Positions 51,804 to 59,860 of a DNA stretch of 64,000 bases are shown here, piece by piece. A program made the translations under genes and the position numbers. Origin of the DNA: Elusimicrobiota bacterium (GTDB taxonomy: Bacteria > Elusimicrobiota > Elusimicrobia > UBA1565 > UBA9628); the NCBI GenBank assembly GCA_027452025.1, contig DAIDHI010000080.1, positions 58 to 64,057 of the forward strand, written 5' to 3'. Positions within the stretch are counted from its first letter, which is position 1. Each line of letters opens with the position of its first letter. The notes under the pieces are model-generated. The model was not told the DNA's origin. It saw nothing but the letters and a program-made list of their open reading frames with translations, and did not search any database.

Positions 51804-51832
51804 TTGACAACCCAAGTTCTCCCTTATTAGTA
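51804..51832 (+). promoter_or_regulatory. sigma70-like promoter (TTGACA-N17-TTAGTA) in AT-rich region upstream of the regulator/cluster
   Basis: TTGACA at 51804-51809. TTAGTA at 51827-51832. Local AT-rich island in a 68% GC genome. Confidence 0.4.
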
Positions 51833-51862
51833 TTTTCAGAACTTATTGAAACAATAGAAACC

Positions 51863-52378
51863 ATGAGCGACAGGCTTAAGGCGGCGAAGGCGCGGTTCGT
51901 GTCCACCTGGGGCGAGATGGCGTCCCATTGGGGCATCAACAAGACGATGGCGCGCATCCATGCGCTGCTCATCGCCTCCGACGCCGCGCTCTCGGTCGAC
52001 GAGATCATGGCAACGCTCTCGATCAGCCGCGGTAACGCCAGCATGAACCTGCGGGCGCTGATGGACTGGGGCCTGGTCAGGCGCGTTTCGGTGGGCAGCG
52101 AGCGGCGCGAGTATTTCCAGAGCGAGAAGGACGTCTGGAACATGTGCTGCCGCATCGCGCGCGAGCGCAAGAAGCGGGAGATCGAGCCCGTGATCGGCGC
52201 TCTGGAGGAATGCCTGCGCGAAGCCGGGGAAGGCCAGGACTCGGCGGCCTTCCGGCGCCGGACCAAGGAGCTCTTGGAGCTGGTCAAGACCCTCGATTTC
52301 GTGCTCGGCAAGGTCGCCGCGCAAGAGAAGAACGCCGTCATGCCGCGCGTGCTGACGCTGCTCAAGGCCATGTCATGA
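51863..52378 (+). CDS. MarR/GbsR-family transcriptional regulator
   Basis: Winged-helix pattern (SVDEIMATLSISRGNASMNLRALMDWGLVRRV) as in GbsR/MarR-like regulators. Confidence 0.65.
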   Translation: MSDRLKAAKARFVSTWGEMASHWGINKTMARIHALLIASDAALSVDEIMATLSISRGNASMNLRALMDWGLVRRVSVGSERREYFQSEKDVWNMCCRIARERKKREIEPVIGALEECLREAGEGQDSAAFRRRTKELLELVKTLDFVLGKVAAQEKNAVMPRVLTLLKAMS

Positions 52379-53319
52379 CTCCCGCTTCTTTATTAAAGGT
52401 GGAGGACTCGCTCTCCCGCGTTCGCGCGGGCCTGGAGAGCCGCGCCCTGCGCATCGAGGGCCGGGTCGGCCGGGAGCTGGCGGCCTTCGTGGCCCGCCCG
52501 GGAAAGATGCTGCGCTCGCGCTTCTGCCTGCTTTTGGGCGGCGCGCTGGGCGTGCCGCGGGACAAGGCCGAGGCGGCCGCCCGGGCGCTGGAGCTGGTGC
52601 ACAACGCCAGCCTCCTCCATGACGACTGCATCGACGAGGCCACGCTTCGCCGCAGCCGGCCCACGCCCAACGCCCTTTTCAACATCCCGACGGCGCTGCT
52701 CATCGGCGATCTGGCTTTTTCCCAAGGCCTCGAGGAGGCCGTGGACGTTTCGCCGAGCGCGGCCAAGCTCCTGGCCGCGGCGGTGCGCGAGATGTCGGTC
52801 GGGGAGCTTCAGGAGGAGTTCCTCAAGGGCGACGCCGACTTGACCGTCGACGCCTACATCGGCGTCTGCTCGCGCAAGACCGGCGCGCTCTTCGAGTGGG
52901 CCGGGGCGGTGCTCTCGGAGCTGAGCCCCTTTCCCCACGAGCAGGCGGACCCGCCGCGGCTGGCCTGCGCGGCCGGCATCCTCCTTCAGGTCGTCGACGA
53001 CATCCACGACTACACCCTGGGCGAGCGGGTGTCGGGCAAGGACGAGGGCCAGGACGTCAAGAACCGGCGGCTGACGCTGCCCTGCCTCTACGCCCTGGCC
53101 GACGCGCGGGCCCGCGAGGAGTTTCTCAAGCTTTGGCGAGGCGGCGACGCGACGGGAGTGGGACGGTTCCTCGTCGAGGGCGGGTTCGTCGCGAAGGCGC
53201 GCGGGAAGGGGCGGGAGCTGGCCGACTCCATGACGGCGATGGCGCGCGCCCTGCCCTGCCGCGCCGAGGCCTCCCAATTGGCCTTCTTCATCGACCTGCT
53301 GGTCAAGAGGGAATTTTGA
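52375..53319 (+). CDS. polyprenyl diphosphate synthase (trans-isoprenyl diphosphate synthase family)
   Basis: First Asp-rich motif LLHDDCIDE and second VVDDIHDY. ATGA overlap with the regulator stop. Confidence 0.85.
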   Translation: MTPASLLKVEDSLSRVRAGLESRALRIEGRVGRELAAFVARPGKMLRSRFCLLLGGALGVPRDKAEAAARALELVHNASLLHDDCIDEATLRRSRPTPNALFNIPTALLIGDLAFSQGLEEAVDVSPSAAKLLAAAVREMSVGELQEEFLKGDADLTVDAYIGVCSRKTGALFEWAGAVLSELSPFPHEQADPPRLACAAGILLQVVDDIHDYTLGERVSGKDEGQDVKNRRLTLPCLYALADARAREEFLKLWRGGDATGVGRFLVEGGFVAKARGKGRELADSMTAMARALPCRAEASQLAFFIDLLVKREF

Positions 53320-53320
53320 G

Positions 53321-53761
53321 ATGTCTTACGAGGCCCTGGTCAAGAAAGCGTGGGCGAGCGGGACGTTCAAGCTCGACGAGGCCGAGGCCGGAAAGGCCGA
53401 TCCGTCGGCGGCCGTCAGTCGCGAGGCCGTGCGCCGGGAGATGGAACAGATCGCGGAGAGGGAGACCTGGGACGCCGCAAGCTGCTTCTCCGCCCATAAA
53501 GAGGGAATCATGAAACTAGCTCCGTTCGTGAAGTTCCGTGAAGAGAAGTTCGGCGCCGTGCTCTTTGAGACGCGCTCGGAGAAGGTCTATACGCTCAGCC
53601 CGAGCGGCGCCGCCGTCGTGCGGGAAGTGGTCGCCGGGGCCACTTCCAGCGACCTGCCGGCCAGGCTCAAGCAGAAGTTCGAGGACCCCACCGGGAAGAT
53701 GGAGCAGGAAGCGGCAAGCTTCCTGGCCCAGCTCAAGGACAAGGGCCTCGTCGTCGAGTAG
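53321..53761 (+). CDS. PqqD/MftB-like RiPP recognition element protein with about 65-aa N-terminal extension
   Basis: C-terminal VKFREEKFGAVLFETRSEKVYTLSPSGAAVVREVVAG...AASFLAQLKDKGLV matches the PqqD/MftB pattern. SD aagaggga before the ATG. Confidence 0.65.
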   Translation: MSYEALVKKAWASGTFKLDEAEAGKADPSAAVSREAVRREMEQIAERETWDAASCFSAHKEGIMKLAPFVKFREEKFGAVLFETRSEKVYTLSPSGAAVVREVVAGATSSDLPARLKQKFEDPTGKMEQEAASFLAQLKDKGLVVE

Positions 53762-53767
53762 GGCGCC

Positions 53768-54739
53768 GTGACCGCGCAAGCTCCCGAAAGCGCGCCGCAG
53801 ACGGGCACCGAGGATCTCGGCGCCCCGCTCTACGTCGCCTGGCAGATCACCAACGAGTGCAACCTGGCCTGCCTACACTGCATCGAGGAGTCCGGGCCGG
53901 GAAAGGCCTTCAAGGACGAGCTGACCACCGAGGAGGCTTACCGCCTCATCGACCAGCTCGCGCAAGGCGAGGTGCCCTACGTCTCCTTCTCGGGCGGCGA
54001 GCCGATGGTCCGGCCGGACTTCTTCGGCATGGTCGAGAGAATCACTCGGGGCGGCGTCGGGCTCAAGATCGAGACCAACGGCCATTACCTAACCGCTGAC
54101 AACTGCCGCCGCCTCAAGGACCTGGGCGTCAAGGCCGTCCAGGTCTCCCTCGACGGCGCCAGCCCCGCCTCGTTCAACAAGATGCGGGTCCACGGCCGCT
54201 TCGAGTCGGCGCTGGAAGGCATCGGCCGGCTGCGCGAGGCGGGCGTGCCGATCGAAATCAACTTCGTGCCGGCGAAGTTTAATATCCGCGAGATCGGCGC
54301 CGCCGTCGACTTGGCCTACCGGCTCGGGGCGTATTCGTTCTATACCGGCAAGCTGATGTATACCGGCAACGCCGTGCGCACCTGGGGCATCACCGCCCCC
54401 GACGAGGCGGAGTATCCCGCCTACTTCGCCGCGCTCAAGGAGAAGGCCAAGGAGTACGAAGGCCGCATGCGCGTCTACTACCACGAGATGGGGCTGCTCG
54501 AGGAGCTGCGCTACCGCCTGAAAAACCCCGCCGCCCTCTTCATCGTCCTGCCCAACGGCAAGGTCAAGCTCATCAACGCCCTGCCCTTTATCTGCGGCGA
54601 CCTGCGCCGCCAGAGCCTGGGCCAGGTCTGGCAGAGCTTCCAGCTCGCCTGGAAAAGCCCGCGGGTCAGCGCCTTCATCGACGAGCTCGCCGCCGACCCC
54701 TCGATCCTGTCTCGTCTGCACCGCTGGGAGGAGGTCTAG
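53768..54739 (+). CDS. radical SAM enzyme (PqqE/MftC/NirJ-like N-terminus, no SPASM cysteines), paralog 1
   Basis: APLYVAWQITNECNLACLHC CX3CX2C. SFSGGEP and KIETNG motifs. Single Cys in the C-terminal half. Confidence 0.8.
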   Translation: MTAQAPESAPQTGTEDLGAPLYVAWQITNECNLACLHCIEESGPGKAFKDELTTEEAYRLIDQLAQGEVPYVSFSGGEPMVRPDFFGMVERITRGGVGLKIETNGHYLTADNCRRLKDLGVKAVQVSLDGASPASFNKMRVHGRFESALEGIGRLREAGVPIEINFVPAKFNIREIGAAVDLAYRLGAYSFYTGKLMYTGNAVRTWGITAPDEAEYPAYFAALKEKAKEYEGRMRVYYHEMGLLEELRYRLKNPAALFIVLPNGKVKLINALPFICGDLRRQSLGQVWQSFQLAWKSPRVSAFIDELAADPSILSRLHRWEEV

Positions 54740-54745
54740 GCGGAC

Positions 54746-55633
54746 ATGAGCCTCGTCGGCAAGGCCGCGGCGCTGGTGCGCTACCGCTTCTTTCTCTACG
54801 CGGGCCTCCTGCCCTATCTGCTGGGCGCGGCCTGGGCCTACGGCGTGGACCGGCAGTTTCGGCCCGGCGTCTTCTGGCTCGGCCTGCTCGGGATCTTCCT
54901 CGCCGTCGTCGGAGTCGAGAGCTTCAACGAGTATTTCGACGCGAAGATGGGGACCGACCGGGTCTTCAATCCCGACGCCGACGAGAACATCCCGGAGTGG
55001 ATGTTCTCGCTCGGCGTGGCCGCCTTCGCGCTGGCCGCGGCGGTCGGCTTCTACCTGGCCTGGGAAGGCGGCTGGCCCGTGGTCCTCTATACTCTGCTCG
55101 GCGGCGCCGCCGCCGTCTGGTACGTGGGCCCGCCCGTGCGCTGGGTCTACCGGGGCCTTGGCGAGGCCGTGATCGGGCTGTCCTACGGCCCGTGGATGAC
55201 GCTGGGCTCGGTGCAGCTGCACACGCACCGTTTTTCCTGGGGCGCGCTGGCCGCGTCGCTCGTCCCCGGCCTGCTGATCATGGCGCTGGCCGTGGTCAAC
55301 AACATCCCCGATTATCATCAGGACCGGCTGGTCGGCAAGAGGAACCTCGTCGTGAGGCTGGGCCGGGAGAAGGGACGGCTGCTCTACCTCGCCTTGTCGG
55401 GGCTGGGCTTGGCCGTGATCGTCGCCGGAGCGGCGGCGGGGACGTTCCCGCGCCTTTGCCTGCTGGCCGCGCTGCCCGGCGCCGCCCTTTGGTGGGCGAG
55501 CCTGCGCGCCGGCCGGGACACCTGGGACACGCCCCGCGCCTTCCTGCCGGCCATCAAGAGCATCGTGCAATGCTACGCCTTGACGACGCTGATCTTCGCC
55601 TTGGCGGTGGCGTTCGGAGCGCGCCTGGCATGA
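54746..55633 (+). CDS. UbiA-family aromatic prenyltransferase
   Basis: 8-9 TM helices. Asp-rich motifs NEYFDAKMGTD and NNIPDYHQD. Confidence 0.85.
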   Translation: MSLVGKAAALVRYRFFLYAGLLPYLLGAAWAYGVDRQFRPGVFWLGLLGIFLAVVGVESFNEYFDAKMGTDRVFNPDADENIPEWMFSLGVAAFALAAAVGFYLAWEGGWPVVLYTLLGGAAAVWYVGPPVRWVYRGLGEAVIGLSYGPWMTLGSVQLHTHRFSWGALAASLVPGLLIMALAVVNNIPDYHQDRLVGKRNLVVRLGREKGRLLYLALSGLGLAVIVAGAAAGTFPRLCLLAALPGAALWWASLRAGRDTWDTPRAFLPAIKSIVQCYALTTLIFALAVAFGARLA

Positions 55634-56592
55634 GGATCGATTCCCTGAGCGCCCCGGCGATGGTCGCCTGGCAGCTCACGCGCGACTGCAACCTCGCCTG
55701 CCTGCACTGCTGCACGGACTCCGCGCCGGGCCGGGCGCTGCCCGGCGAGCTGCCGCGCGAGAGAGCCCTGTCTCTGGCGCGCGAGATCGCCGAGGCGGGC
55801 GTGCCTTACGCGCTGATCGCCGGCGGCGAGCCGAGCTTGGTCTCGCATTTCGGCGAGGTCTGCGCCGCGCTTTCCCAGGGCGGCGTCTGGCTCAAGGTCG
55901 AGACCAACGGCCAGAGCTTCGACGTCTCGGCGCTGCGCGGCCTGCGCGTGCGCTCGGTGCAAGTCTCGCTCGACGGCGCGACTCGGCGCGTCTACGCCCG
56001 ACAGCGGCCGGGCGGCGACCTGGAGAAGGCCCTGGCCTGCGGCCGCGCCGTGCGCGCCGCCGGGCTGCCCCTGGAGATCACGTTCGCCCCCACTCTCCTC
56101 AACATCGACGAGGCCGGCGCCGTCATCGACTTGGCCCTGGAGCTCGGAGCCTTCCGCTTCAACACCGGAAGGCTCATGCGATTGGGCACCGCCGCCAAGC
56201 TCTGGCAGCGCCTGGAGCCTTCGCAGGAGCGCTACGAAAGGTTCCTCGCGCTGCTCGAGCGGCGCGAGCGCGAGCTGGCCGGACGCCTGGAGCTGTGCTT
56301 CCGGCCGTTTTCGCTGCCCGAGGATGCCCGGGCCCTCAGACGCGAGCCCCCGGGGACCTTGCTGATCCTCCCCGACGGCCGCGTGAAAGTGGCCGCGCCG
56401 CTGCCCTACACCTGTTTCGACGTGACGAAACGTCCGTTTCTCGAGGCGTGGGACGCGTATCGCAAGTCTTTCGGCGATCCGCGCGTCCTGCGCGCCTTCG
56501 AGCGCCTCGCCGCCGACCCCGCGTCGTCGGCGAAGGCCAATGAGTGGGTCGACCTGGAGTCCGTCGCCTTCGATTTGCCGGCCGTGGTCTGA
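55629..56592 (+). CDS. radical SAM enzyme, paralog 2
   Basis: MVAWQLTRDCNLACLHC. IAGGEP, KVETNG. ATGA overlap with the UbiA stop. Confidence 0.8.
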
Positions 56593-56612
56593 CCGGCAGA
56601 CAGGAGTCAAGC

Positions 56613-56735
56613 ATGAACGACCAGAAGAAGACCGTGACCGTCGTGAAGGCCGAGCCGAAGCTCGTTTGGCAGACCCCCTCCCTGGAGGAGGTCTCCGATC
56701 GGGTGATGGCGCAGCCTTACATCCGGTTCACGTGA
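56613..56735 (+). CDS. 40-aa candidate precursor peptide (PqqA-like leader)
   Basis: MNDQKKTVTVVKAEPKLVWQTPSLEEVSDRVMAQPYIRFT. caggag SD 7 nt upstream. Located between radical SAM paralogs 2 and 3. Stop overlaps GTG of paralog 3. Confidence 0.5.
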   Translation: MNDQKKTVTVVKAEPKLVWQTPSLEEVSDRVMAQPYIRFT

Positions 56736-57700
56736 CGCACGGGAGAGGGGCGTCCGTGGGCGACTACGGCGCCCCTCTCTTTCTGGCCTGGCAGCTGACC
56801 AACCGCTGCACGGGCAGCTGCCTGCACTGCTGCGAGGAATCCGGGCCCGACAAGGCTTGGCCCGACGAGATGAGCCGCGAGCAGTGCTTGTCGCTGGCCC
56901 GGCAGATCGCGCGCATGGGCGTGCCTTACGTGGCCTTCGGCGGCGGCGAGCCGATGGGCTCGCCCCACGTCTGGGAGATCTTCGAGATCCTGGCGCGCGG
57001 CGGCGTCGAGATCAAGATCGAGACCAACGGGCTGCTCCTGGACGACGCGGCCTGCGACCGGCTCAAGGCCTTGAACGTCGCCTGCGTGCAGATCTCCATC
57101 GACGGGGCGACGGCCGCCGTTCACGAGGGCCTGCGTCCCGGCTCCGGCTACGCGCCGGCCTGGGAGGCGATCGACCGCCTGGTCTCGCGCGGCCTGGGTC
57201 CCGAGCTCGTTTTCATCCCCACCAAGCTCAACGTCTCCGGCGCCGTCGCCGTCTATGAGCAAGCGGCGCGGCGGGGCGTGCGCACGTTCGTGACGGGGCC
57301 GCTCATGCGCCTGGGGCGGGCCGCCGCGGCCTGGGAGGCCCTGGCCTGCTCCGAGGAGCAATGGGCCGCCGCGGCCGAGGCCCTGCGGCAGGCCTCGCTG
57401 CGCGAAAAAGGCCCGCGCCTGGCGCTCTATCCTTGGGGCATCCAGGCCGAGATGAAGACCCGCGCCGAAAGCCCGCAGGCCATGGTGCTGGTCGTGCCCA
57501 ACGGCCGGGTCAAGCTCCTCAACGCCCTGCCCTTCGCCGCCGCCGACCTCAAGACCGAGACGCTGGCCGCGGCCTGGCCGAAGGTCGCCGCCGCCTGGCG
57601 GCGGCCCGAGGTCCAGGACTTCGTGCGCCGCGCGCAAAGCGACCCCGGTCTTCTGCGCCACGCCAACGAGTGCTGGGACGTGGCCCTCGCCGGCGCCTAA
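56731..57700 (+). CDS. radical SAM enzyme, paralog 3
   Basis: APLFLAWQLTNRCTGSCLHC. FGGGEP, KIETNG. GTG start overlapping the peptide stop (GTGA). Confidence 0.75.
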
Positions 57701-57744
57701 AACTCGCTGCGACGGGCGGCAAAACTGCTATCCTGAGACGTCGC

Positions 57745-58191
57745 ATGGCGGCTCTCTTTCCTCACGGCTGGATCCATTACTTGGCGGGCGGCCTGCTCAT
57801 CGGCTGCGGGGTCTCGCTGATCTATCTCTGCACCGGCGTGGCCGCCGGCACGAGCTCTTTTTTCAGCGCGCAGTGGTCCTGGTTCTCGCGCCTGGGCTTT
57901 TTTAGGCAGGAGCGCTGGCGCGAGGAACGCGGCTGGCGGCTGATCTACGCCGCCGGCCTGGTCGCCGGAGCGCTGCTTTGGCGGCTCGAGACCGGCGTCT
58001 GCCTGACGACGTCCGTGGAGCCGCGCAGGCTCCTCGTCGGCGGCCTGCTGGCCGGCTTCGGTGCGCGCCTTTCGGGCGGCTGCACGGCCGGCCACGGCAT
58101 CTGCGGCCTCGCCTCTCTCAAGAAGGAGTCTTTCGTGGCCGTTCCCGTCTTCCTGCTCACGGCGATCCTCGTGGCGAGGCTCCTGCCGTGA
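57745..58191 (+). CDS. YeeE/YedE-family membrane protein (sulfur-compound transporter half)
   Basis: LSGGCTAGHGICG signature. 4 TM. Confidence 0.7.
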   Translation: MAALFPHGWIHYLAGGLLIGCGVSLIYLCTGVAAGTSSFFSAQWSWFSRLGFFRQERWREERGWRLIYAAGLVAGALLWRLETGVCLTTSVEPRRLLVGGLLAGFGARLSGGCTAGHGICGLASLKKESFVAVPVFLLTAILVARLLP

Positions 58192-58598
58192 AGCGCGCCG
58201 CCGCGGCGCTCTTGGGCGGCGTCCTCTTCGGCCTGGGCCTGGCCGTTTCCGGCATGGTCCGGCCCGAGACCGTCCTCGATTTCCTCCACCTGCGCGACAT
58301 GGGCCTTTTGCTCGTGCTCGGCGGGGCGGCGGGCGTCAGCCTCCTCGCCTTCCAGCTCGCGCCGCGGCTGCTCGGCCGGCCGGCGTTCGGAGGAAGCTTC
58401 GAGCCGCATCCCGGGCGCCTGAGCGGACGCACCTTCGCCGGCGCGGCGATCTTCGGGGCGGGCTGGGGCCTGTGCGGAGTCTGCCCGGGGCCGGCCGTGG
58501 CGGGCCTGGGCGCGGGCCTGACGGCGCTCTTGTGGTCCGTCGCCGGGCTCGCGCTCGGCGCCTGGCTGCACGGGCTCTATCAAGAGCTGGCCGGCTAG
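58188..58598 (+). CDS. YeeE/YedE-family membrane protein (second half)
   Basis: GWGLCGVCPG signature. GTGA overlap with the preceding gene. Confidence 0.7.
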   Translation: MKRAAAALLGGVLFGLGLAVSGMVRPETVLDFLHLRDMGLLLVLGGAAGVSLLAFQLAPRLLGRPAFGGSFEPHPGRLSGRTFAGAAIFGAGWGLCGVCPGPAVAGLGAGLTALLWSVAGLALGAWLHGLYQELAG

Positions 58599-58599
58599 C

Positions 58600-59760
58600 T
58601 CAGGTTCCGATCTTGTCGCTGCGCGCCGGCAGGGGATTGTCCCCCGGCCGGAACGGATGAGCCAGCAGGTAATGCGCGTAGCGCTGCACGCCCCACAACG
58701 GCGGCTGGCGCAGCGCCTGCCGGTAGGCGTCCCGGGCGTCCGCCCGGCGTCCGAGCAAGTCCAGCGACTCGCCCTTGAACAAGCTCAAGACGCTGCAGAA
58801 GCGCTGGCCGCGCGGCACGAATTGCGCGGCCCGTTCGTAGTCGACGAGGGCTTCCTGGGGCCGGCCCTCCATCTGGCGGGCCAGGCCGAGGAAGCCGCGG
58901 CCGATGGCGCGGTCGAGCGGCCGGTAGAACGGCGCTTTGGCGCGCGCGTGGTCCAGATACCGGCGCGCCTGCTCGCCTAGGCCCTGCGCGTCGCCCAGGC
59001 GCACGAGCCCGACGAGCCGCAGGAAGGCGAAGAAGGGGCTGCCGGGATAGCGCTTGCCGGCGTCCTCCAGGATCTGCCAGGCCTCCTGGGGCTTCTTCTC
59101 GAAGGTCCAGTCGATGGCGACGAGCAGGAGCTTGGCGGCCATGGCGCTGAAGCGGCCTTGCGAGGCCAGCGCCAATTCGTGAAGACCGCGCGCCTTGCCG
59201 CCGCCGCCCATGAAGGCCAGGAAGCGCACGATGCGAGACAGCGTGGCCAGGTAGTAGTCGAAGGCTCCAAGGCCGAGATAGGCGTCGTCGAGGGCCGGGT
59301 CGAGGGAAACGGCGCGCCGCTCCGCCTTGTAGGCGCGGCGGCCGTCGAAGTAGGCGCGCACCCATTTCTGGCGCGCGGCCTCCCAGCGCCCGCGCAGGCC
59401 GTAGGCCGCGCCCAGATAAAGGTAGGCCTCGGGATCCTTGGCGTGGCCGCGCGCGTAGGACGAGGCGTCGGCGATCGCCGTCGAGACGGCGGCGGTGAAC
59501 CTCGCTTCCTCCGGGCTGCCCGGAAGCGCCAGGAGGTTTTCCATGCGCCACCAGGTCGCCGTGGCGTAGCCCAGGGAGAGCACGGGGTCGCCGGGGCGCT
59601 GCGCCATCAAGACGGCGAAGTCCTGTTCCGCGCCGTCGTAGTCGCACATGTAGAGCGCGTCGATGCCCTTGGTGACGGCGGCCTGGTCCTCGGGCGTCAT
59701 GGCTCGGGCCGCGCCAGGGATCGCGAGCAGCGCCGCCAACGCCAGGCCCCGAAGGTTCAC
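58600..59760 (-). CDS. secreted TPR-like repeat protein
   Basis: Signal peptide MNLRGLALAALLAIPGAARA. Repeated helical TPR-like units (AYLYLGAAYGLRGRWEAA etc.). Confidence 0.55.
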   Translation of the reverse strand: MNLRGLALAALLAIPGAARAMTPEDQAAVTKGIDALYMCDYDGAEQDFAVLMAQRPGDPVLSLGYATATWWRMENLLALPGSPEEARFTAAVSTAIADASSYARGHAKDPEAYLYLGAAYGLRGRWEAARQKWVRAYFDGRRAYKAERRAVSLDPALDDAYLGLGAFDYYLATLSRIVRFLAFMGGGGKARGLHELALASQGRFSAMAAKLLLVAIDWTFEKKPQEAWQILEDAGKRYPGSPFFAFLRLVGLVRLGDAQGLGEQARRYLDHARAKAPFYRPLDRAIGRGFLGLARQMEGRPQEALVDYERAAQFVPRGQRFCSVLSLFKGESLDLLGRRADARDAYRQALRQPPLWGVQRYAHYLLAHPFRPGDNPLPARSDKIGT

Positions 59761-59860
59761 GGGGGCATCATACCCGATTTTGAAGCGTGATTTTATCGCC
59801 TAGCCGCGCCGAGTTTTGTTAGGATGATCTCAAGCCGTTTCCATTTCAGGAGGAATCTCA

